A stretch of 64,000 bases of DNA from Eledone cirrhosa (GCA_964016885.1 OZ024754.1:16554001-16618000), one strand, 5' to 3'; positions 36,200 to 49,497 are shown, numbered from the stretch's first letter. The notes: generated by a model not told the origin, from the sequence alone. Translations and numbers: made by a program.

Positions 36200-39100
36200 A
36201 ATAGAAACCAGTATATCCAGTAAGGAAGTTGGTAGAAGGGAATCCAGCCATAGAAACCAGTATATCTTGTAAGGTAGTTGGTAGAAGGGAATTCAGCCAT
36301 AGAAACCAGTATATCTTGTAAGGTAGTTGGTAGAAGAAGGGAATCCAGCCATAGAAACCAGTATATCCTGTAAGGAAGTTGGTAGAAGGGAATTAAGCCA
36401 CAGAAACCAGTATATCTTGTAAGGAAGTTGGTAGAAGGGAATCCAGCCATAGAAACCAGTATATCCTGTAAGGAAGTTGGTAGAAGGGAATTAAGCCACA
36501 GAAACCAGTATATCTTGTAAGGTAGTTGGTAGAAGAAGGGAATCCAGCCATAGAAACCAGTATATCCTGTAAGGAAGTTGGTAGAAGGGAATCCAGCCAT
36601 AGAAACCAGTATATCTTGTAAGGTAGTTGGTAGAAGAAGGGAATCCAGCCATAGAAACCAGTATATCTTGTAAGGTAGTTGGTAGAAGGGAATCCAGCCA
36701 TAGAAACCAGTATATCCAGTAAGGTAGTTGGTAGAAGAAGGGAATCCAGCCATAGAAACCAGTATATCCTGTAAGGAAGTTGGTAGAAGGGAATCCAGCC
36801 ATAGAAACCAGTATATCTTGTAAGGTAGTTGGTAGAAGAAGGGAATCCAGCCATAGAAACCAGTATATCCTGTAAGGAAGTTGGTAGAAGGGAATTAAGC
36901 CACAGAAACCAGTATATCTTGTAAGGTAGTTGGTAGAAGAAGGGAATCCAGCCATAGAAACCAGTATATCCTGTAAGGAAGTTGGTAGAAGGGAATCCAG
37001 CCATAGAAACCAGTATATCTTGTAAGGTAGTTGGTAGAAGAAGGGAATCCAGCCATAGAAACCAGTATATCCTGTAAGGAAGTTGGTAGAAGGGAATCCA
37101 GCCATAGAAACCAGTATATCTTGTAAGGTAGTTGGTAGAAGAAGGGAATCCAGCCATAGAAACCAGTATATCCAGTAAGGAAGTTGGTAGAAGGGAATTA
37201 AGCCACAGAAACCAGTATATCTTGTAAGGAAGTTGGTAGAAGGGAATCCAGCCATAGAAACCAGTATATCCTGTAAGGAAGTTGGTAGAAGGGAATTAAG
37301 CCACAGAAACCAGTATATCTTGTAAGGAAGTTGGTAGATGGGAATCCAGCCATAGAAACCAGTATATCCAGTAAGGTAGTTGGTAGAAGAAGGGAATCCA
37401 GCCATAGAAACCAGTATATCCTGTAAGGAAGTTGGTAGAAGGGAATTAAGCCACAGAAACCAGTATATCTTGTAAGGAAGTTGGTAGAAAGGAATCCAGC
37501 CATAGAAACCAGTATATCCTGTAAGGAAGTTGGTAGAAGGGAATTAAGCCACAGAAACCAGTATATCTTGTAAGGAAGTTGGTAGATGGGAATCCAGCCA
37601 TAGAAACCAGTATATCCAGTAAGGTAGTTGGTAGAAGAAGGGAATCCAGCCACAGAAACCAGTATATCCTGTAAGGAAGTTGGTAGAAGGGAATCCAGCC
37701 ATAGAAACCAGTATATCTTGTAAGGTAGTTGGTAGAAGAAGGGAATCCAGCCATAGAAACCAGTATATCCTGTAAGGAAGTTGGTAGAAGGGAATTAAGC
37801 CACAGAAACCAGTATATCTTGTAAGGTAGTTGGTAGAAGAAGGGAATCCAGCCATAGAAACCAGTATATCCTGTAAGGAAGTTGGTAGAAGGGAATTAAG
37901 CCATAGAAACCAGTATATCTTGTAAGGTAGTTGGTAGAAGAAGGGAATTCAGCCATAGAAACCAGTATATCCTGTAAGGAAGTTGGTAGAAGGGAATTAA
38001 GCCACAGAAACCAGTATATCTTGTAAGGTAGTTGGTAGAAGAAGGGAATCCAGCCATAGAAACCAGTATATCCTGTAAGGAAGTTGGTAGAAGGGAATCC
38101 AGCCATAGAAACCAGTATATCTTGTAAGGTAGTTGGTAGAAGAAGGGAATCCAGCCATAGAAACCAGTATATCCTGTAAGGAAGTTGGTAGAAGGGAATT
38201 AAGCCACAGAAACCAGTATATCTTGTAAGGTAGTTGGTAGAAGAAGGGAATCCAGCCATAGAAACCAGTATATCCTGTAAGGAAGTTGGTAGAAGGGAAT
38301 CCAGCCATAGAAACCAGTATATCTTGTAAGGTAGTTGGTAGAAGAAGGGAATCCAGCCATAGAAACCAGTATATCCTGTAAGGAAGTTGGTAGAAGGGAA
38401 TTAAGCCACAGAAACCAGTATATCTTGTAAGGTAGTTGGTAGAAGAAGGGAATCCAGCCATAGAAACCAGTATATCCTGTAAGGAAGTTGGTAGAAGGGA
38501 ATCCAGCCATAGAAACCAGTATATCTTGTAAGGTAGTTGGTAGAAGAAGGGAATTCAGCCATAGAAACCAGTATATCCTGTAAGGAAGTTGGTAGAAGGG
38601 AATTAAGCCACAGAAACCAGTATATCTTGTAAGGTAGTTGGTAGAAGAAGGGAATCCAGCCATAGAAACCAGTATATCTTGTAAGGTAGTTGGTAGAAGA
38701 AGGGAATCCAGCCATAGAAACCAGTATATCCTGTAAGGTAGTTGGTAGAAGAAGGGAATCCAGCCATAGAAACCAGTATATCGTGTAAGGAAGTTGGTAG
38801 AAGGGAATTAAGCCACAGAAACCAGTATATCTTGTAAGGTAGTTGGTAGAAGAAGGGAATCCAGCCATAGAAACCAGTATATCCTGTAAGGTAGTTGGTA
38901 GAAGAAGGGAATCCAGCCATAGAAACCAGTATATCCTGTAAGGTAGTTGGTAGAAGAAGGGAATCCAGCCATAGAAACCAGTATATCTTGTAAGGTAGTT
39001 GGTAGAAGAAGGGAATCCAGCCATAGAAACCAGTATATCCTGTAAGGTAGTTGGTAGAAGAAGGGAATCCAGCCATAGAAACCAGTATATCTTGTAAGGT

Positions 39101-39858
39101 AGTTGGTAGAAGAAGGGAATCCAGCCATAGAAACCAGTATATCCTGTAAGGTAGTTGGTAGAAGAAGGGAATCCAGCCATAGAAACCAGTATATCTTGTA
39201 AGGTAGTTGGTAGAAGAAGGGAATCCAGCCATAGAAACCAGTATATCCTGTAAGGTAGTTGGTAGAAGAAGGGAATCCAGCCATAGAAACCAGTATATCC
39301 TGTAAGGTAGTTGGTAGAAGAAGGGAATTCAGCCATAGAAACCAGTATATCTTGTAAGGTAGTTGGTAGAAGAAGGGAATCCAGCCATAGAAACCAGTAT
39401 ATCCTGTAAGGTAGTTGGTAGAAGAAGGGAATCCAGCCATAGAAACCAGTATATCTTGTAAGGTAGTTGGTAGAAGAAGGGAATCCAGCCATAGAAACCA
39501 GTATATCCTGTAAGGTAGTTGGTAGAAGAAGGGAATCCAGCCATAGAAACCAGTATATCCTGTAAGGTAGTTGGTAGAAGAAGGGAATCCAGCCATAGAA
39601 ACCAGTATATCCTGTAAGGTAGTTGGTAGAAGAAGGGAATTCAGCCATAGAAACCAGTATATCTTGTAAGGTAGTTGGTAGAAGAAGGGAATCCAGCCAT
39701 AGAAACCAGTATATCTTGTAAGGTAGTTGGTAGAAGAAGGGAGTCCAGCCATAGAAACCAGTATATCTTGTAAGGTAGTTGGTAGAAGAAGGGAATCCAG
39801 CCATAGAAACCAGTATATCTTGTAAGGTAGTTGGTAGAAGAAGGGAATCCAGCCATAG
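36200..39858. repeat. Satellite of 49/52-bp monomers (tagaaaccagtatatcytgtaaggtagttggtagaagaagggaatccagcca)
   Basis: 49+52=101-bp alternation through the middle of the array; homogeneous 52-bp units after ~38830. Confidence 0.97.
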
Positions 39859-40535
39859 AGGCCATGTTAAATATAGAACGTAATGTGCAAGATGTGGTTG
39901 TGCTGATCCATATGATCTCTGACCATAATAACATGTCTAACCCATGTCAATGTAGAATAGATATAAAATAATGGTGATGTCATTATCGACCAGCTGAATT
40001 TGATATATGCTGGAAGGTGATGTGTTTGTTGTTAGTGTTTGTTTCCTCTGTTTCAATGTGAACTGTTGTCTGGATTTAAAGATTGTCTGAATGGAGAAAG
40101 AGTATTTAGAATATCTATTCAAATTGTTTCTTTGTCTACAACAAATTATTAGTCTACAATAGCCAAACATTGTCTGAGAAATACATTTAAGGTGTCAAAA
40201 TCAATATGTACAATACACCAATATTCGTGTCATCACCATCATCATCACTACCATCATCATTACCACCACCACCACCACCACCACCACCACCACCACCACC
40301 ACCACCACCAACACATATGTTCAATGGTGATAGGAAATTGTAAGTGACTGATACCTCTCCATTTCATCTTATTAAAGTCACATTTTTAACATTTTGGAGT
40401 TCCAGCTGAATGTCTCTTTCCAATCTAAAATATGATCATCATCATCGTAATGATAAACTTTAAAACTAAAATCATTAAATAGAATTATTAAAACTATATA
40501 GAATATTTTGGCATCTTTCTCCCTATCTCCCTCCT

Positions 40536-40570
<35 letters not shown>

Positions 40571-40770
40571 GTGTTCCTCTTGCTCTCTCTCATTTATCCT
40601 CCTCTCTCCTCATCTTTCTACCCCCTCTCCTCTCTTTTCTCTCACCCTCTCTGCCCTTTTCTCTCTCCTCTCTCTCTTTCTTATTCTCTCTCCTCTCTTT
40701 TCTCTCTCTTCATTTCTTCTTTTTCTTCTTTATTTCTCCCTTCTCACCTGTCTCTTCGTCTCCTCTCCCC

Positions 40771-42580
40771 AATGTCATCTACCCACTCTTAAGCCACAGG
40801 TAGCTACTCCCCCTCTCTAATGTCATCTACCCACTCTTAAGCCACAGGTAGCTACTCCCCCTCTCTAATGTCATCTACCCACTCTCAAGCCACAGGTAGC
40901 TACTCCCCTTCTCTAATGTCATCTACTCACTCTCAAGCCACAGGTAGCTACTCCCCCTCTCTAATGTCATCTACCTACTCTCAAGCCACAGGTAGCTACT
41001 CCCCCTCTCTAATGTCATCTACCCACTCTCAAGCCACCACAGGTAGCTACTCCCCTCTCTAATGTCATCTACCCACTCTCAAGCCACAGGTAGCTACTCC
41101 CCTTCTCTAATGTCATCTACCCACTCTCAAGCCACCACAGGTAGCTACTCCCCTCTCTAATGTCATCTACCCACTCTCAAGCCACAGGTAGCTACTCCCC
41201 TTCTCTAATGTCATCTACCCACTCTCAAGCCACCACAGGTAGCTACTCCCCTCTCTAATGTCATCTACCCACTCTCAAGCCACAGGTAGCTACTCCCCCT
41301 CTCTAATGTCATCTACCCACTCTCAAGCCACAGGTAACTACTCCTCCTCTCTAATGTCATCTACCCACTCTCAAGCCACAGGTAACTACTCCTCCTCTCT
41401 AATGTCATCTACCCACTCTCAAGCCACCACAGGTAGCTACTCCCCCTCTCTAATGTCATCTACCCACTCTCAAGCCACAGGTAACTACTCCTCCTCTCTA
41501 ATGTCATCTACCCACTCTCAAGCTACAGGTAGCTACTCCCCCTCTCTAATGTCATCTACCCACTCTCAAGCCACAGGTAACTACTCCTCCTCTCTAATGT
41601 CATCTACCCACTCTCAAGCCACAGGTAACTACTCCTCCTCTCTAATGTCATCTACCCACTCTCAAGCCACAGGTAACTACTCCTCCTCTCTAATGTCATC
41701 TACCCACTCTCAAGCCACAGGTAGCTACTCCCCTTCTCTAATGTCATCTACCCACTCTCAAGCCACAGGTAGCTACTCCCCTTCTCTAATGTCATCTACC
41801 CACTCTCAAGCCACAGATAGCTACTCCCCCTCTCTAATGTCATCTACCCACTCTCAAGCCACAGATAGCTACTCCCCCTCTCTAATGTCATCTACCCACT
41901 CTCAAGCTACAGGTAGCTACTCCCCCTCTCTAATGTCATCTACCCACTCTCAAGCCACAGATAGCTACTCCTCCTCTCTAATGTCATCTACCCACTCTCA
42001 AGCTACAGGTAGCTACTCCCCCTCTCTAATGTCATCTACCCACTCTCAAGCCACAGGTAACTACTCCTCCTCTCTAATGTCATCTACCCACTCTCAAGCT
42101 ACAGGTAGCTACTCCCCCTCTCTAATGTCATCTACCCACTCTCAAGCCACAGATAGCTACTCCTCCTCTCTAATGTCATCTACCCACTCTCAAGCTACAG
42201 GTAGCTACTCCCCCTCTCTAATGTCATCTACCCACTCTCAAGCCACCACAGGTAGCTACTCCCCCTCTCTAATGTCATCTACCCACTCTCAAGCCACAGG
42301 TAACTACTCCTCCTCTCTAATGTCATCTACCCACTCTCAAGCTACAGGTAGCTACTCCCCCTCTCTAATGTCATCTACCCACTCTCAAGCCACAGGTAGC
42401 TACTCCCCCTCTCTAATGTCATCTACCCACTCTCAAGCCACAGGTAGCTACTCCCCCTCTCTAATGTCATCTACTCACTCTCAAGCCACAGGTAACTACT
42501 CCCCCTCTCTAATGTCATCTACCCACTCTCAAGCCACCACAGGTAACTACTCCCCCTCTCTAATGTCATCTACTCACTCT
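40771..42580. repeat. Satellite of 48-bp monomers (aatgtcatctacccactctcaagccacaggtarctactccycctctct)
   Basis: Direct reading, with 47-51-bp variants. Follows a (CT)n-rich tract at 40515-40770. Confidence 0.97.
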
Positions 42581-42951
42581 GAAGCTCCCATGAAACAGTT
42601 ATGTACTTATTAATAATATTCCTTATATTCACCATTTATATTTTCCAGTTTTATCTTGAAATGTATAAAGTTTGCCTTAAAGAAATAACGGAAATGTCCT
42701 TGATTTTTGTTTTATATTAAAAATCCACATTAGTAGTTGAAAATATGAGTCTTTTGACATACAGCTAAATCTTTTTTTTCTATATTATTATTATGATTAT
42801 TATTATTATGATTATTATTATTAAATTGGCAATACTGAGACATCTAGATTCCAATCAATAACTATATTGAGACTAAGTGGTTCTTATCGAAATTAAAATC
42901 ACCAGTATCAAATTATCAAGGTTAAAAATCAGCAGAAGGGATCTTTACATA

Positions 42952-43853
42952 TAAAGTGGTAGTGCTGCTGCCATGATAAAATACACCTGGTACACTCTGT
43001 AAAGTGGTAATGCTGCTGCCATGATAAAATACACCCAGTATACTCTGTAAAGTGGTAATGCTGGTGCCATGACAAAATTCAACCAGTATATTCTGTAAAG
43101 TGGTAATGCTGGTGCCATGACAAAATACACCCAGTATACTCTGTAAAGTAGTAATGCTGGTGCCATGACAAAATACACCCGGTACACTCTGTAAAGTGGT
43201 AATGCTGGTGCCATGATAAAATACACCCAGTACACTCTGTAAAGTGGTAATGCTGGTGCCATGATAAAATACACCCAGTATACTCTGTAAAGTGGTAATG
43301 CTGGTGCCATGACAAAATACACCCAGTATACTCTGTAAAGTGGTAATGCTGGTGCCATGATAAAATACACCCAGTATACTCTGTAAAATGGTAATGCTGG
43401 TGCCATGACAAAATACACCCAGTATACTCTGTAAAGTGGTAATGTTGGTGCCATGACAAAATACACCCAGTATACTCTGTAAAGTGGTAATGCTGGTGCC
43501 ATGACAAAATACACCCAGTATACTCTGTAAACTGGTAATGCTGGTGCCATGACAAAATACACCTGGTACACTCTGTAAAGTGGTAAAGCTGATGCTACAA
43601 TAAAATACACCCTCTGCACTCTGTAAAGGGGTAGTGCTGGTGCCACAATAAAATGCACCCACACTGTAAAGTAGGAGTGCTTATGTCATAATAAAATGAA
43701 CCCAGCTCACTCTATAGAGTGGGCTGGGTTAGTGCCACAATAAAGTGCACCCAGCCCACTCTGCAAAATAGGACTGTTGATAAAAACCACCCAGTCCATC
43801 CTGTAAGATGGTTGTGTTGGTGCCACAGTAAACTGTACCCAGAGCAGTCTGTA
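42952..43853. repeat. Third array of the 48-bp family (gtggtaatgctggtgccatgayaaaatacacccagtatactctgtaaa)
   Basis: Homogeneous to ~43580, then diverged monomers. Homologous to 20521-21555 and to the reverse complement of 1-10002. Confidence 0.95.
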
Positions 43854-43923
43854 AAATGAATAATTTTATAATTGTTGCATTAAATTTAACCAGTTTCAAT
43901 TGGTATAACAATCTTATCAAATA

Positions 43924-44569
43924 CTAGCAGTAAAGCCCGGCGTTGCTCGGGGTCGCTCAGTAGCTGTGTTAAAGTTACAATGTTAAGTTTCTTTTTTGGC
44001 TTAAAGTTTGTCTGCACGACTGTCTGTCTGCACGCCTAACGAAATTTACAGATACATATATTTTAAATAAACTTATATAATTTTTGCTTTTTTTTACGAA
44101 ATATTTGCTTGTTTTACGTAGTCTTTAAATAGACTTGTTTTCAAGTAAAAATATTGTTTTAAAAGGCTTTTAAATGGAAATGAAGCAAAACGGAAGCTTA
44201 GTGTTCGAACTGATGAATTTTGCAGGTCAAAATTTTGCTGGCTCGACAACTGTTCGTGTATTGTGTTAATGTCATTTTAAACGCTGAGAAAGCCAGCGTA
44301 ATTTTTTTTATTTTTGCACGCAGAAAATGTAAACAGAACGTTACATATATAAAGGGAAATAACTCGTCACTTACGCTCAAAAATCGATACATTAGATTCG
44401 ATTTCGTCACATAGGGTGGGTCAATTTGAAATATTTTTTTTCCGATGTCTTCGCTAGGGCTCAATGTACAAGTATAGCAATTTCGGTGCAATTCCGTCAG
44501 AGATTCTAAGAGGAGATGTGTGCCAAAAATCGATAGACAGACAGACAACCACAGCTTTATATATATAGA
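43924..44569 (-). mobile_element. Non-autonomous Helitron
   Basis: Minus strand A|TCtatatatataaag ... cccgagcaacgccggg hairpin ... CTAG|T; a (CAGA)n tract lies near the 5' end. Confidence 0.8.
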
Positions 44570-45050
44570 TTAAATGTTTCTAAATATGTGTTTTCATGAA
44601 TTCTGTGAGCAGAGTTGATTTAATGATTTCCTTACAACATTGCAATGGTGTTTCAGCAAAGCAAGTGTTTGCTATGCTTCTCCAGAGAAGTAAAATGAAT
44701 ACTATAGTAACTTAGTATTCAATTCTCTATTTGTACTAACTACATACTGGTATTGCTACAATTATTCATATCAATCTATCAATCTATCTGTCTGTCTATC
44801 TACCTAAGTACCCACCTCCCTTTCTACCCACCTAGACTTACCCACCTACTTGGTAGAGTGTAAGAACTCATTTAAACCAGATGTGGAATGGGTCCCCAGC
44901 CCATAGAGAGGTCAGTAACCCCGATTAAATATTTCTAACCAAGAAAATGGACATTAAATGATGATGATACACACACATATATAAAATACAAATGCATGCA
45001 TAAAAACACACACACACATACATACATACACACATATATATATATATACA

Positions 45051-45390
45051 TGGCTTAGTGGTTAGAGCATTGGCCTTGCAATCGAAAGGTTGTGAGTTCA
45101 ATTCTCAGACCGGGTGATGTGTTGTTTCCTTGAGCAAGACACTTTATTTCACATTGCTCCAGTTTACTTAGCTGTAGAAATGAGATGATAGGGACCCCAG
45201 TCCCTATCATTCCACTGCAAAGTGGTCGTGGAGGTGCCACGGCAAAAAACCCACCCAGCACTCACTGTAAATGAGGTTGGTGTTAGGAAGGGCATCCAGC
45301 TGTAGAAATCAAGCCAGAATCAGTTCCCGTCCCACCCTTGCAAGCAGGGAAAAGCGGACGTAAAATGAAATGATGATGATGATGATGATG
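45051..45390 (+). mobile_element. Composite: tRNA/CORE SINE head plus RTE 3'-UTR body plus RTE tail
   Basis: tggcttagtggttagag, gagttcaattc, ccttgagcaagacactt; then a body matching 55363-55515(-) and a tail matching 60548-60590(-). Confidence 0.8.
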
Positions 45391-45959
45391 ATATATATAT
45401 ATATAGTTTCTTTATGAAACAATGTTCCTATCCTGATTTTTACTTCAACACTTTCAATAATTAAAGCTAATTAGTGTTTCTAATTAGGCAACTGTATCAC
45501 GAAATACTTTTAGAAAACATTTCTTCCATATTTTATCTACCATCTAACATTGGAAACATTTCTAGAACAATTGACATTTTCTCTTTTTCCAGTCTTATGA
45601 TCCAAGATCAACTATTTTCCCCTCAAGTCGTATCTTTGAACTGCTTAAATCAATTTTATATACTTCACTTTCCTACAGTATTTCTCTATTTACATGCCAC
45701 TCTGCTACAATCTCTGTTTTTATCTCATACTCTGACTTTTGTTTTATACTTTGCTTTTGTTGTCTTTTGTTTTTGTGGATTAAACTAGAATGAAACTAAA
45801 TAGATGATTCTTCTTAAAAACCTTTCCTATCCACCCCCATCAAGGATAATTCAACTCTGCATAGAAACTAGAGTATTGTTATAGTGCTTTCAGTCATTGA
45901 ACTATGACCATACTGGGGCACCACCTTCACTGATATATTGTCTTTAATAGACACTTCTC

Positions 45960-46130
45960 ACATATGCAACATACACCTTTCCATTCAGTTTCAGCAACAC
46001 TACCATCCTCATTAGCACAATATTCAGTTCTCAGTACTGCTATGCTCATTTCACTCTAAATGCTGTTGTTGCATCTGATCCACTCTCTCCATCTCATATG
46101 TCTCCAAGGTAACAATGTTTTCACACCATT
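45960..46130 (-). pseudogene. Highly decayed RTE RT fragment
   Basis: Hand translation ..CYLGDI*DGESGSDATTAFRV...LLKLNGKVYVAY aligns with FRYLGDQISMGGGCSEAIVSRI...SLRTKGRLYDAC. Confidence 0.55.
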
Positions 46131-47057
46131 CCTAAGATCTGGCCCAACATCTTCTCCATCTGTAGCTCTCTCTTTACTTTTCAAAAAGATCTTATTTTAT
46201 ATAAACTAGTAAAGCATGTTAAAACTTTAGTGGTATTACAACATTTTGCTGGTGAACTTTTGTTGGTCCTGCAACTCTCAATTATTATATATCAACAAAC
46301 TGATATTAAACTGATATTAATCTGATATCAACTGAAATAACACTAATTGTGGCTGTTGTTTATTTTCTTCCACCTTGCCATTCTCTTTATGTTGTTAGAA
46401 CTTTAATATGTTGTTTTCACTGTTTTAATTCATTCATAGCATTATTATGTATTGAAATTCTGAGCCTGCTCTGTCTTAGCAAAAAAAAAAAAAATCATTA
46501 ATGAAATCACACTGGAGAGAAATATTTATTTTATTCTATGCTAAACAAACATTATGAAAAACATTCAAGTGTTAAAAAAAATTGTTGTTTCTATAGCCTT
46601 GTATGGCCATTGTTTCATTTTTTATTCACTTTGGCCTGCACCTCTGTTCAGACCTAGCTCCAATATTTGGCTGGGCAAAAATAGTTTTCAAGCTTTTGAT
46701 ACCAAACTGCCTGAAAGTGCCCCTGCTTCTATGATACCAAACTGTTAATTTTTAAGTGTTTATCATCATCATAACCTTTTTTGAGACACTTGCATAGGTT
46801 AGATGGGTTGTGATACACAGAAGCTGGACTAGCAGGTCAGATGATTGTGTCTTGGTCATGCGTTTCATTTTGGCATGGTTTATAGGGCTGGATGTCCTTC
46901 CTTATGCCAACCACTTTATCGTGTGTACTGGGTTTGTTTTCTTGTGGTATCTAAAAATCTTCCATCATAATTCTATGTAAGAACCCGTAAGTTATATAAT
47001 GCTTAATAATGAGAAAGTTAGGTTACTAAATCCCTTGAAATTCTTCATTATTTTCAA

Positions 47058-47229
47058 GTATCGGTAGAGGGTCGGACACCATGCTTTGATGCATAGAGTT
47101 ACGGCCCTTGCCATTCTGAGTTCAAATACCGCCGAGGTTAACTTTGCCTTTCATCCTTACGGGGTCGATAAAATAAAGTACCAGTAATGCACTGGGTAAT
47201 TGCTGGCCTTGTGCCAAAAAGTAGAAACA
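47058..47229 (+). mobile_element. SINE family A with an 11-bp target-site duplication
   Basis: attattttcaa at 47047-47057 and 47230-47240. Inserted in an older element ending ...gaaagggttaa. Confidence 0.9.
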
Positions 47230-48189
47230 ATTATTTTCAAAATGATTTGAAAATTGTAGGTAGTGTCTTTCATTAGAAATATGTTAACGAAAGGGTTAAT
47301 TGAATGAGATGAATAACACTTCTAGCCAACAAAAGACTTCCTTCACATTGTGACAGTTAACTAAGTTCTTACATAAAAGTATGATGGAAGGTTTTTAAAT
47401 AAAATAAACCGTTTGGTATCAGAAAGGTTAACCTCTTTCATGATTGTATTTCTAATTAAATACACTTTATTTCAATTCATTAGTGAAGAATTTTAAGATA
47501 GTAACTTCATATTTGGTACTAATATGGAAATATATTGAGAAATTAAAACTTAAATAGGAACCCTTTAAAATTGAGGGGTCGGGTGTTGTTTCATAGAACC
47601 TGGGTCAATTTTGGCTGAATTGGTTTCAAAAGAATATTTTTTTCTTAATTTATTCACCATAAGCAAGGCAATAAAGCCACTAAACTGCAAAGGGTTAATG
47701 AGAACATAATTTCAGGAGAGAAATGATGATGATTGATGTTGCCTTTGAATTTTTGCCACTTGTAGCAGTCAGGAGATCAAAAAATTGGAAGATAATTTTA
47801 TAGGCAAGACGTGCGAGGGAAGAAACTATCAGAATAGAATTAGGGTTAAAATATCTTTACTGCTTATATAGCTAGTACATTTTTTGTGTGTGTTTTTGTT
47901 GATGTTTTTACTTCCAGAAACACACCTAGTCCAGACTTGTGCTTTGGAGGGGAAATTTCTAGATTCAAAACCATGGTTATTCATGACCAAAAGGAATCTA
48001 CGACAACGACGTACACACAAAAATTGTTGTTCATTGTTATTTTATACCATTTGAAAAAAAATTTCATTTCAATTTTTCTTCTGTTTATAATTTTAAATAT
48101 TTTTTTGTTGATTTATTATTATTATTATTATTATTATAAACAAATATATCTTGAATATTGAGTTTGAAACGCGAGTGTATTAGAATTCA

Positions 48190-48557
48190 TATAGTAATTT
48201 GAAGAACTCAGTCCAAGGAAGCTGTTAAAACAACAAAATGCTGTCAATGGCGGTGGCGGGTAAAATTTACCTCAAAGAATAGAAATCAGTGGCTAGAAGT
48301 GTGTTGGCTCATAGAAGCCATCTATCTTAATGGTCCTTTTAGTTAAATTGTCGAAACCACAGGCAGTCTAAAAGCTGATGAGAATATTTGTGAGATCCCC
48401 TCTCATCTATTTTATCCCTTTCTCATTTCTTCCTATTGCTTCTCTGAACCAACTCACTTCTAGCCATTTATTTGAGGTAAATTTTACCAGATGATGCCAT
48501 TGACGGCATTTTGCTGTTTTAACAGCTTCCTTGGACTGAGTTCTTCCAATTGCTATA
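48190..48557. mobile_element. Foldback/MITE-like element with ~145-bp imperfect inverted repeats
   Basis: gaagaactcagtccaaggaagctgttaaaaca...tggctagaagtg mirrored by cacttctagcca...tgttttaacagcttccttggactgagttcttc; TA-rich ends. Confidence 0.75.
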
Positions 48558-48928
48558 TTAGTATTATTATTATTACTATATTATTATTATTATTGTTATT
48601 ATTGTTGTTTTCTGCATTCTTATTAATCAACACTATCACTAATATCATCATTGTTATATAGGGCATCAGACAAAATGTTTTGTGGTATTTAGTTACGATA
48701 TTCTGCATTCTGAGTTCAAATCCTGTCGAGGTCAGCTTTGCTTTTCATCCTTCCTGGGTTGATAAAACAAAGTACTGGTTAAGTACTGGGGGTCATCAAT
48801 GTTCCTCTTCCCTTGCTTTCTGTTGATTTTAGAAAGAATTATTACTATTGTTAATTATTATCATCATCATAATTTTCAACCAGTAATGCACTGAGATAAT
48901 TGCTGGCCTTGTGCCAAAAGTAGAAACA

Positions 48929-48974
<46 letters not shown>

Positions 48975-49302
48975 GGGCAGTGGATTGGCAGGATCAGAAA
49001 CCTCTCTTGGGTGTTTTAATAATAGAGACTCAAGTTTTATCATCACTATTTTCCTCAGGGACAGAAGGTAGGATTTGAACTCAGGATGCATAGAGCTAGA
49101 AGAGATACCACAAAGCACTGCCCAGAACTGGTACTTTATTTATCAACCTTGAATGGATGAAAGACAAAGTTGACCTCAGCATCATTTAAACTCTGAACAC
49201 AGTGAGTTAGAACAAATTCCACACTCCAGTTAATCCAACACTCTAACAACTTTCTTAACTTTGTGTTTATGTTAGAAATTTGTATTATTATTATTATGCT
49301 TC

Positions 49303-49497
49303 GCGGTGGATTGGCAGTATCGGTAGAGGGTCGGACGCCATGCTTTGACGCATAGAGTTACGGCCCTTGCCATTCTGATTTCAAATCCCGCCAAGGTTAA
49401 CTTTGCCTTTCATCCTTACGGGGTCGATAAAATAAAGTACCAGTAATACACTGGATAATTGCTGGCGTTGTGCCAAATGTAGAAACAATTATTATTA
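49303..49497 (+). mobile_element. Full-length SINE family A
   Basis: gcggtggattggcagtatcggtagag ... gtagaaacaattattatt. Further degenerate copies lie at 48660-48840, 49070-49260(-) and 49505-49697. Confidence 0.9.

Noticed and set aside
36196-39934. Long minus-strand ORFs up to 467 aa
   Set aside because: The same peptides occur in all three frames; this is a satellite artefact.
41258-42613. 451-aa Ser-rich repeat ORF
   Set aside because: It coincides with a 48-bp satellite whose upstream units contain stops and frameshifts, and it has no unique domain. Coding cannot be fully excluded without RNA data.
47790-48030. Possible host exon after a polypyrimidine-AG (ttttacttccag)
   Set aside because: No recognisable protein in any frame and no clear donor site; needs RNA-seq.
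48335-48390. Scrambled hammerhead words (gaaac...gtc...ctgatga) in the foldback spacer
   Set aside because: Stems I and II cannot be formed in any standard topology; at most a decayed remnant.
49303-49400. tRNA genes at SINE heads (also 45051 and 35900)
   Set aside because: A/B boxes are present but there is no cloverleaf, and they are always fused to SINE bodies.
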